Shown one piece after another: positions 8,377 to 16,223 of a stretch of 20,392 bases of DNA (the first letter of the stretch is position 1; each line of letters starts with the position of its first letter). The notes below the pieces were generated by a model. The model worked only from the letters and a program-made list of their open reading frames with translations, was not told the origin of the DNA and ran no database searches. The stretch is from NCBI GenBank assembly GCA_000175855.1, contig ACYB01000023.1, forward strand, positions 1 to 20,392, in the 5' to 3' direction. The position numbers and the translations under genes are program-made. This DNA is from Raphidiopsis brookii D9 (GTDB taxonomy: Bacteria > Cyanobacteriota > Cyanobacteriia > Cyanobacteriales > Nostocaceae).

Positions 8377-10560
8377 ATGGTTAAAGCGAAAATAGTAGAC
8401 AAGTGTTCAATATCAACTAGTGTTATGTCAACTAGTCTTATATGCCATTTTTTAATTGGTCTCCCCGGTAGTGGTAAGTCCACTTTTGCTGCTCAGTTAG
8501 CTGGGTTGGGCAATTATCGCATTGTCTCTACCGATGCTATTCGTGAGGAATTATATGGAAACCAGTGTATTCAGGGTGATTGGACAAAAATCGAAGCTAG
8601 GGTAATATGTGACATTGTTGCTGCTACTAAAAATGGCTATCGTGTAATTTATGATGCTACAAATACCAGAAGAGTATGGAGACTAGATTTTTTAGAAAAA
8701 ATAAGTTTCCATCCTAGTTTATCCGTATTGTCTTCTTCTGTACAATGGATGGCCTGGTATTTAAAAACCCCTATAGAAATTTGTAAATATCGAAATCAAC
8801 AACGCAGTCGTCGGGTTCCAGATACAGTAATTGATGAAATGTACAGGAATTTGGAAAAATTTCCTCCCATTCCTGCTGAGGGATTTATAACTGTTAAAAA
8901 CATTTATGATAGTCTTGACAAGAATAAAGATGTTAATTTTCATGCTATGGGTTTTAATTTGGCGGAAATTATTGGTGAAATTAACCGGGTAGATAGAACA
9001 TCAATTAACCGCAGTAATCGTAATTCTCACATTAATCTCCATAGTTATAGTAAACTACGGGATTTTGAAAGACTGATGTATTTACTTTCTTTGATTATTC
9101 ACTATCCGGGAATTGGTAATTTACAATCAACCAACCCTAAGTTTTTAAATAGTATTTTTGGAGAGACTTCTAAGTTTGCCGATTCTTTGGCAGAAATTAT
9201 TGCTTTTATGGTCAAACTACATGGTAGTGTTTATGCTGATAGAAAGGCTATTAGTGCAGATTTACTATGGTTAGAAAAAAATTCATTTATTGGTGTGAAC
9301 ACTACAGCTAGATCAGGTTTATTGCCAATTGATATGGGAGAATATTTAGGTGATTTTCCTTTGTATTTGCCAACTCATGCTTATTCAGATTTACCAGCTT
9401 TTGAAAGATTGCTATACATAATTCAGTTCATTTTGCATCACCCATTTTCAGATGATCATTTAAATCATAACTCAAACCCTCGTCACAGTTCACTACAGAG
9501 TTTAATATCGGGGATGATAGAGCATAAAATGATTACTGGAAATGTTTTCAACTCCATACGTAAAGATATTGAGAAAGTTCTTAAACCCTATAAAATTCTA
9601 CCTAATTTCCCTATGCGTGATGGTTACTTTGCTGGAACTGCGATTTTATCAGACTTGGAATTAATTCAGGTTTTACAACTCCTACAATCTCAAGCTAAAA
9701 GTTTAAATGACCCGGTTACTTTAGAAATTTATGAGAAGTTTTCTGAGCGCATGCAAAAAGCTAAATTGGCAGATTCTGTTTATCCTGTTAGAGGGATTGC
9801 CAATCGTAGTATAATAGATCCTGAGTATTTACCCCCTGAATCCCTGAGCAGAAATACAGCAGTGCTAGAACAGGGGATCGCCGGGGGAAAGCTATTAGAA
9901 TTAAACCGATTTTCTGGTGTTGGTAAATTTGAGGGAGAGGAGACAGGATTCTTTTTAGCATTTCCATTGCAAATAGTTTTTCATAACCTGGCATGGTACT
10001 TAGGATATGAATTAATGAGTGGTGAAGAAAAGGGTTTATTAGGATTTCAAAGACTAGATAGATTGTTTATAGGTCGACCTCAAAACAAAACTCGTTCTCA
10101 AGAGGAACAGCAAGCAGCATTAAATAGATTGCAGATGCTCTGCGAATTTTGTGGAGGCATATTTTTGGGTCATTCTTATCAAGATCAAAAGCAATTCCTG
10201 GATGGCAATGAAACAGAGAAAGCACGTGTTTCGATGATGGTAGAATTGTGGTTTAATGACAAAATGTTCAGCTTTATAGCGGAGGGAACGAGAAGATTTT
10301 CCCCTCCACAGATGAAAATGTCATTACCGACAGTGGGTAGAAAATTAACCTTGCCCAAATCTATCTTCCGTTTGAAACCAACAGGAGATCTCAAATTTCC
10401 CCACCGGTTTCGGGTAACTTTACCTAAGTGGTGTGAAAAAGATGTTGAATTGGTAAGGTGGATTCTAGGTTTTCAGGGAGGTGTGAAAGTTGTCAAACCT
10501 CAATCATTAGCTGACCAAATTAAAAAAATTGGGGGAGACATACTTAATATTTACAGTTAA
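8377..10560 (+). CDS. P-loop (polynucleotide-kinase-like) protein fused to wHTH-like and WYL/WCX-like regions
   Basis: 727 aa. Walker A GLPGSGKS, TDAIREELYG, VIYDATNTRRVWRLDFLE; two FERLMYLLSLIIHYP / FERLLYIIQFILHHP units, the second with NSIRKDIEKVLKPYKILP...MRDGYFAG; WYL-like FHNLAWYLGYELMSGEEKGLLGFQRLDRLFIG; C-terminal VRWILGFQGGVKVVKPQSLADQIKKIGGDILNIY. Confidence 0.75.
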   Translation: MVKAKIVDKCSISTSVMSTSLICHFLIGLPGSGKSTFAAQLAGLGNYRIVSTDAIREELYGNQCIQGDWTKIEARVICDIVAATKNGYRVIYDATNTRRVWRLDFLEKISFHPSLSVLSSSVQWMAWYLKTPIEICKYRNQQRSRRVPDTVIDEMYRNLEKFPPIPAEGFITVKNIYDSLDKNKDVNFHAMGFNLAEIIGEINRVDRTSINRSNRNSHINLHSYSKLRDFERLMYLLSLIIHYPGIGNLQSTNPKFLNSIFGETSKFADSLAEIIAFMVKLHGSVYADRKAISADLLWLEKNSFIGVNTTARSGLLPIDMGEYLGDFPLYLPTHAYSDLPAFERLLYIIQFILHHPFSDDHLNHNSNPRHSSLQSLISGMIEHKMITGNVFNSIRKDIEKVLKPYKILPNFPMRDGYFAGTAILSDLELIQVLQLLQSQAKSLNDPVTLEIYEKFSERMQKAKLADSVYPVRGIANRSIIDPEYLPPESLSRNTAVLEQGIAGGKLLELNRFSGVGKFEGEETGFFLAFPLQIVFHNLAWYLGYELMSGEEKGLLGFQRLDRLFIGRPQNKTRSQEEQQAALNRLQMLCEFCGGIFLGHSYQDQKQFLDGNETEKARVSMMVELWFNDKMFSFIAEGTRRFSPPQMKMSLPTVGRKLTLPKSIFRLKPTGDLKFPHRFRVTLPKWCEKDVELVRWILGFQGGVKVVKPQSLADQIKKIGGDILNIYS

Positions 10561-10711
10561 CCGATATTAGAAATTGATTTAATATGGTATATTTATTAGT
10601 GTGGTATATTTTGTTCGTGTAACCTCGTGCCAAACGTGTTAAAAAGCTATAAAGGTTAACAAATAACTCCCAGACCAATAATATTAGAGATAAGCCCCTT
10701 GAGGTTTCCCT

Positions 10712-11383
10712 ATGTCCATATTCTGGCGTAAAGTGCTACAACTTCATCAAACCTATCTACTGCTAATGGCGATTGTGCTTGGTTTAAGTATCTTTTTCCA
10801 TGGGGTGGGTGTACATTCCCTGAGTCTAGGTTTGGGCAGCATTATTGCTGTGGGAATGGTAATCGCTTGGCTTTATTCATTATGGTTACAAATCAGTGCA
10901 AACTCTGTCAACCTGCTTGATACTGATAATTTCCGGCAACGGTTACAAAAAATTAGCAGTGATATAAGTAACAAATCAACTACGGAATGGCAAAAAGCAC
11001 AAACCTATGCCATTGAAAGTCATCAACTGTGTCAGGCAATTGTGACTCAAGAGAGCATTTTAACAGCGGAAATATTAGAAACCCTGTACACAGTTTTGAA
11101 TTTATCTGAGCAGGTAATTCATGCTATTTTAGCCCTGAAACAGGTTAAAACCGAGCGCTATCGCACTCTGACTAGAAATCACCTTCAAACAAGTTTAGAT
11201 CGCCTAAAAACTACTCACCATAATTTGCAACAACTTCAAGATCAAGTACTATTATCTTCGTTAGACAAAAATACGGTAAATACTGAATTTCCCCTGTTTT
11301 TAAAAACCCTGATCCAAGAAAATCGTTCTGTTGTGCAAACCATTATTCAAGACTCCACTCTAGCAAAGGAAAATGAATCATGA
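10712..11383 (+). CDS. Hypothetical membrane protein (two N-terminal TM segments and a coiled region)
   Basis: 223 aa; LLLMAIVLGLSIFF and LGLGSIIAVGMVIAWLYSL hydrophobic stretches; overlaps the next gene by 11 nt. Confidence 0.6.
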   Translation: MSIFWRKVLQLHQTYLLLMAIVLGLSIFFHGVGVHSLSLGLGSIIAVGMVIAWLYSLWLQISANSVNLLDTDNFRQRLQKISSDISNKSTTEWQKAQTYAIESHQLCQAIVTQESILTAEILETLYTVLNLSEQVIHAILALKQVKTERYRTLTRNHLQTSLDRLKTTHHNLQQLQDQVLLSSLDKNTVNTEFPLFLKTLIQENRSVVQTIIQDSTLAKENES

Positions 11384-13136
11384 AAAAGACTATGGAGAAG
11401 ATGATAAAGAAGAATATATTCCCATTTTTTCCCTACTGGGACTGTGTTTGGTACTACTAGGTTCTTGCTCCGATATTCCTAAAGTTAGCTCGCTTGAAGA
11501 AGCAGCTCAGGTTTTACAAAAAAATGTCTTGCCACAAATTTCCATAAAAGATCAATTAGTTACCGATACCACTGCCCAGAGCTACTCTATTAAATCTGTA
11601 CAAGATCCTCTGCCATCTTTAGATAAATACCCTATTTATGGTCCACCTGACAGCATAAGTGCTGAAAATGTTTACCTGGAAATTTTTGGTTCCGCAGATA
11701 AATCCAATCCCCAGAAAGAAGATGAAAGGTGGCTAATTGATGTGGTAGATCAATTCAACGCTAAAAATCTAAAAACCTCTTCTGGTAAATTAATTCAGGT
11801 GGGTGTTCGCAATATTCCTTCCGGTATTGCTCAACGTATGATCGAAGCTAAGGTAGTTAAACCTACTGCTTATACCCCTTCCAATGAATTATGGATTGCT
11901 CTGCTGAAAAATGCAGGAGTTCAGATGGATATGGTGACCCCTAAACTCTTGCCAAATCAACCTGGTTTTATTTTAAATCAACAGGCCAAACAAGAAATTT
12001 TTGGCTCACAAGCAGTTACCTTTGATCGATTACTAGATGCGATTGTAGCGGGCAAGTTATCCGTGGGTTATACTAATCCCTATAGCAGTTCTAGTGGATT
12101 AAATCTCCTGTATACAATCTTTTGGCGGGGGGCGGGTCATCAACAAAGTGGGCAAACCCTAACCACTCTGGATTTACAATCCCCCAAAGTCAATTCTTTA
12201 TTTCAAGCCTTTCAAAAACAAGTTTTGGTGACAGGATTGACTACACTGGAACTAAAGGATATTTCCATAAGAGATCCTAAAAAGTTATCTGTTTTTGTCA
12301 GTGAAGGATTGACCTTTAATTCCTTGAAAAAAATTCCCGAATTTGCTAACTCCAGTTTTATTCCCTTTGGTGTTCCCCATAATAATCCTCTGGTTAAATT
12401 TAAGTGGACAACTCCGGAACAACAGGAGGGTTTAGAACTATTTGCTAAATTTGCTCAATCTGATCCAATGCAAAATTTAGCACCTCGGATGCCCCCAGAA
12501 GTTGCCCAATATCTCGCCCAAAAACAAGTTCCTCCTATTCCTTCTGGCGAGGTTTTAAGTTTAGGGCAAACATTTTGGAAAACACAAAAGGATGCGGGAA
12601 AAACCGTTTATTTAATGACGGTTATTGACACCAGTGGATCCATGTCTGGAGGTCCTTTAGAAGCAGTTAAAAATGGTTTACGAATTGCCAGTCAACAGAT
12701 TAATCCGGGAAATTATGTGGGCTTAGTCAGCTATGGGGATCAACCCATTAATTTAGTCAAATTGGCCCCCTTTGATGACCTTCAGCACAAACGTTTTTTG
12801 GCAGGGATAGATGGTTTAGAAGCAGACGGTGCCACAGCAATGTATGATGGCGTAATGGTAGGTTTGTCCGAATTGCTACAACAAAGAAAAACCAATCCTA
12901 ATGGCAAGTTTTATTTGTTATTACTGACTGATGGTCAAACTAATCAGGGGTTCAACTTTGAACAGGTAAAAGAGATTATTGAATACAGTGGTGTAAGGGT
13001 TTATCCCATCGCCTACGGTGAAGTCAATGAAGCAGAATTAAATGCGATCGCAGCTTTGCGGGAATCTACTGTGAAAAAGGGAACTCCTGAAAATGTGCAA
13101 GAGTTACTCAAGGGATTATTCCAAGTCAATTTATAA
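11373..13136 (+). CDS. Substrate-binding-like lipoprotein with C-terminal VWA domain
   Basis: Lipobox-like LVLLGSC near the N-terminus; SGLNLLYTIFWRG...; VWA MIDAS VIDTSGSMSGGPLEAVKNGL and LLLLTDGQTNQG. Confidence 0.8.
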   Translation: MNHEKDYGEDDKEEYIPIFSLLGLCLVLLGSCSDIPKVSSLEEAAQVLQKNVLPQISIKDQLVTDTTAQSYSIKSVQDPLPSLDKYPIYGPPDSISAENVYLEIFGSADKSNPQKEDERWLIDVVDQFNAKNLKTSSGKLIQVGVRNIPSGIAQRMIEAKVVKPTAYTPSNELWIALLKNAGVQMDMVTPKLLPNQPGFILNQQAKQEIFGSQAVTFDRLLDAIVAGKLSVGYTNPYSSSSGLNLLYTIFWRGAGHQQSGQTLTTLDLQSPKVNSLFQAFQKQVLVTGLTTLELKDISIRDPKKLSVFVSEGLTFNSLKKIPEFANSSFIPFGVPHNNPLVKFKWTTPEQQEGLELFAKFAQSDPMQNLAPRMPPEVAQYLAQKQVPPIPSGEVLSLGQTFWKTQKDAGKTVYLMTVIDTSGSMSGGPLEAVKNGLRIASQQINPGNYVGLVSYGDQPINLVKLAPFDDLQHKRFLAGIDGLEADGATAMYDGVMVGLSELLQQRKTNPNGKFYLLLLTDGQTNQGFNFEQVKEIIEYSGVRVYPIAYGEVNEAELNAIAALRESTVKKGTPENVQELLKGLFQVNL

Positions 13137-13147
13137 GGTACTATTAA

Positions 13148-13564
13148 GTGTTTACATATATGGGTATCGGAATGAGAAGTGTCCTGAACGACAGACTAAT
13201 TAACATTAGGTTAATTGGCATTGTCCTCATCGGTTGGAGCGGTCTTTTAATTTCTGGGTTGGTACTGACCTATGTATTAGTAATCCCCAGTATGACATTG
13301 ATTATAGATCGTAGCTATTGTCCTTTGGATCAATGGCAAACCCAAGTAGTTATTCCCTATGGAGATCTGTATCGAAAATATGAGGATAAACAGTTAAAAA
13401 TTGAGTCCATAACGCTGTTTAGTGATCTTGGTCAGGAATCCTCGGAAAAAATTCCCACTCCCCAAGAAATTGCTAAACTAAACACCTATGGAAAGTTAAG
13501 TAGCAATCGACAAAAGTCCTTAGAAAAACTTTCCCAAACGTCAAAGATACTGGGGTGTCAATGA
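13148..13564 (+). CDS. Hypothetical membrane-anchored protein
   Basis: 138 aa with one strong TM segment (LIGIVLIGWSGLLISGLVLTYVLV); true start may be MRSVLN at about 13172. Confidence 0.5.
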   Translation: MFTYMGIGMRSVLNDRLINIRLIGIVLIGWSGLLISGLVLTYVLVIPSMTLIIDRSYCPLDQWQTQVVIPYGDLYRKYEDKQLKIESITLFSDLGQESSEKIPTPQEIAKLNTYGKLSSNRQKSLEKLSQTSKILGCQ

Positions 13565-13640
13565 CCATCTAATTATTGGCACAAAAGAGAATTTTTAATA
13601 GACATCTCCCCCATATGGGATCATACCTCAAGTAATAATT

Positions 13641-14159
13641 ATGCAAGTTATCTATCTACTCTTAGTTGCTGTAATGTTCCTGGGAATTATTGGTGCTGTA
13701 GTTCCAGCTATCCCTGGAAGTAGTTTGATTTTGATATCTATTATCATCTGGGGAATCGTGAATAATTCCTTTGTTACCATTAAAATTCCTCTGATTGTAA
13801 CAATAATTGTTTTACTTCTAAGTATGGGAGTTGATTTCCTTGCTGGTTATATTGGTGCGAAACAGGCCGGTGCTAGTAAGTGGGGACAAATTGGCGCATT
13901 TGTGGGTTTATTAATGGGATTTTTCGGATTATTACCCACTTTACCTTTTGGTGGACCATTATTAGGTATTCTATTTGGACCCCTATTAGGAGCAATTGTA
14001 GGTGAGTTCCTTTACCAAAGACGATTATGGCCTGCGGTCAAAGCTGGTATTGGAATTACTGTGGGAACGCTGGTGGGAAATTTGATTCAAGGTGTTCTAG
14101 CTATCAGCGCAGTCATAGTATTTTTATTGACAACTTGGCCCCAGGTATATGGTGGTTAA
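13641..14159 (+). CDS. DUF456-like multi-pass membrane protein
   Basis: 172 aa, hydrophobic; GAVVPAIPGSSLILI, FLAGYIGAKQAGASKWGQIGAFVG, GGPLLGILFGPLLGAIVGEFL. Confidence 0.8.
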   Translation: MQVIYLLLVAVMFLGIIGAVVPAIPGSSLILISIIIWGIVNNSFVTIKIPLIVTIIVLLLSMGVDFLAGYIGAKQAGASKWGQIGAFVGLLMGFFGLLPTLPFGGPLLGILFGPLLGAIVGEFLYQRRLWPAVKAGIGITVGTLVGNLIQGVLAISAVIVFLLTTWPQVYGG

Positions 14160-14318
14160 TATCAAAGTTTGTGTAGGATATGGGGAGAAATGGACTTAAC
14201 TATTTGAGGGTAATTTAGACCAAGCTGACTCAGGAATTATCTTGACACCGAAAATATGGCGTTGCACCTGCACGGGATGATGTATAATTAAGGCGATCAC
14301 CGCGAGGAACAAATCAAG

Positions 14319-14423
14319 ATGAACTGTCCAAACTGTGATTCCAATCATATCGGAAAAAACGGACAGAGAAGGGGAAAACAAAATTATCAATGTAAGAATT
14401 GTGGTCGTCAATTTAAAGTTTAA
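14319..14423 (+). mobile_element. Remnant of IS1-type transposase N-terminal zinc ribbon (34 aa)
   Basis: Manual translation MNCPNCDSNHIGKNGQRRGKQNYQCKNCGRQFKV* with two Cx2C pairs, the InsA-like N-terminal pattern, then an immediate stop. Confidence 0.65.
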
Positions 14424-14578
14424 CAAATAACTCTCAGACAAATAATACTAGAGATAAACCCTTTGAGGTCTCTCTGTTAGACAAAAATACGGTAAATGGT
14501 GTCAATGACTATCTAATCATTGGCACAAAAGAGAATTTCCAATAGATATCTCCCCCAGATGCGATCGCACCTCAAGTG
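14421..14578 (+). repeat. Mosaic of three colinear fragments homologous to 10657-10710, 11261-11281 and 13553-13633
   Basis: Direct comparison: taacaaataactc.cagac.aataata.tagagataa.ccc.ttgaggt; ttagacaaaaatacggtaaat (identical 21 nt); ggtgtcaatga.catctaat.attggcacaaaagagaattt..aataga.atctcccc. Confidence 0.75.
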
Positions 14579-14649
14579 AACCATTTAAAATTAGTTTTCA
14601 AAAACTGTGTGGTAAGATAGATGAAGTGATTGACCCAGGAAAGAAAATT

Positions 14650-15141
14650 ATGGCATCTGCACAAAAACTTACAAACGTCAACATTGGAATCAGTGAACAA
14701 ATGAGAGGCAAAATTGCCCAAGGTTTATCCTGTTTATTGGCCGACACCTATTCACTTTACCTGAAAACTCATAATTTCCATTGGAACGTCACCGGTTCAA
14801 TGTTCCAAACTCTACATTTAATGTTTGAGACCCAATACACAGAATTGGCCTTGGCAGTGGATTTAATTGCTGAGAGAATTCGTGCACTAGGTTACCCCGC
14901 CCCCGGAACTTATAGCGAATATGCTCGACTTACGTCCATTCCTGAAACTCCAGGAGTTCCCAAAGCGAAGGAAATGATCCAATTACTAGTGGAGGGCCAA
15001 GAAGCAGTGGTGAGAACTGCACGGTCCATTTTTCCCTTGTTAGATGAGGTTAATGATGAACCTACTGCGGATTTGTTGACCCAAAGGATGCAAATTCATG
15101 AGAAAACCGCCTGGATGTTAAGAAGTTTACTCGAAGACTAG
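14650..15141 (+). CDS. dps: Dps family DNA-binding ferritin-like protein
   Basis: [43 protein letters not shown]; start chosen at MASAQ (ORF track start 14626). Confidence 0.85.
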   Translation: MASAQKLTNVNIGISEQMRGKIAQGLSCLLADTYSLYLKTHNFHWNVTGSMFQTLHLMFETQYTELALAVDLIAERIRALGYPAPGTYSEYARLTSIPETPGVPKAKEMIQLLVEGQEAVVRTARSIFPLLDEVNDEPTADLLTQRMQIHEKTAWMLRSLLED

Positions 15142-15339
15142 GACTGGAACAATTGTCAGAAATGTCTTACATTTGGTAGTGTTTCTAGCAGATGCGATCG
15201 CCTCTGATATTCTCGGGGAGAATACTTGATAAAATAATTTCCCCTTGACAAATCCAACTGGTGACCACTCCTTAATTTTATTCTAATTATTCCAAACTCC
15301 AGTAAAATAGCTCTCAACAGGTTTACCAGGTGTAGCAAA

Positions 15340-16212
15340 ATGAAGTCAGTAGAGATTGGAATTATTGGTGGCAGTGGTTTATACAAAATGTCAGCATTAC
15401 AAGATGTGGAAGAACTAGATATTAAAACCCCCTTTGGTTCCCCATCTGACAGGATTATTGTGGGTACCTTAGCGGGAGCAAGAGTAGCATTTTTAGCTAG
15501 ACATGGTCGCAATCATGCCCTCTTACCTAGTGAATTACCATTCCGTGCCAATATTTATGCTATGAAGCAGCTGGGGGTTAAATACCTACTTTCAGCTAGT
15601 GCTGTTGGTTCCTTGAGAGCGGAGGTAAAACCATTGGATATGGTGATTCCTGATCAGTTTATTGACCGGACTAAAAATCGTGTTTCTACCTTTTTTGGAG
15701 AAGGAATTGTCGCCCATATTGCCTTTGGCAATCCCATTTGCCAAAATTTGGCAGCAGTTCTAGCAGATGCGATCGCATGTTTGAATTTACCCGATGTAAC
15801 TCTTCATCGTGAAGGTACTTATTTATGTATGGAAGGCCCCCGCTTTTCTACCAAAGCGGAATCTAATATGTATCGCAGTTGGGGAGCAACGGTAATTGGC
15901 ATGACCAATTTAACCGAAGCCAAGTTAGCTAGAGAAGCGGAAATTGCCTATGCAACCCTAGCTTTAGTTACTGACTATGATTGTTGGCATCCGGATCATG
16001 ATCATGTAACCGTAGATATGATAATCGCTAATTTACAACACAATGGCATAAATGCTCAACAAGTAATCATAGAAACTGTCAAAAGATTAAATGAAAACCT
16101 TCCCCCAAGTGAGGCCCATTCCGCACTAAAATACGCTATTCTCACAAATTTGGTGGATGTCCCCACAGCAACAAAACAGAAATTAGGTCTGCTACTAGAA
16201 AAATACTTGTAG
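15340..16212 (+). CDS. mtnP: S-methyl-5'-thioadenosine phosphorylase
   Basis: [88 protein letters not shown]. Confidence 0.92.
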   Translation: MKSVEIGIIGGSGLYKMSALQDVEELDIKTPFGSPSDRIIVGTLAGARVAFLARHGRNHALLPSELPFRANIYAMKQLGVKYLLSASAVGSLRAEVKPLDMVIPDQFIDRTKNRVSTFFGEGIVAHIAFGNPICQNLAAVLADAIACLNLPDVTLHREGTYLCMEGPRFSTKAESNMYRSWGATVIGMTNLTEAKLAREAEIAYATLALVTDYDCWHPDHDHVTVDMIIANLQHNGINAQQVIIETVKRLNENLPPSEAHSALKYAILTNLVDVPTATKQKLGLLLEKYL

Positions 16213-16223
16213 CCTGGTCATGT

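Noticed and set aside
8761-8943. 60-aa - strand ORF inside the kinase-WYL gene (with 9788-9994 and 10185-10394 similar)
   Set aside because: Overlap a long CDS with clear motifs; low-complexity, no family resemblance.
14196-14441. 81-aa hydrophobic - strand ORF
   Set aside because: Overlaps the IS1-type remnant on the other strand and degraded DNA; cannot be supported as a gene.
15156-15512. 118-aa - strand ORF
   Set aside because: Overlaps the start of mtnP and intergenic DNA; no recognisable protein features.
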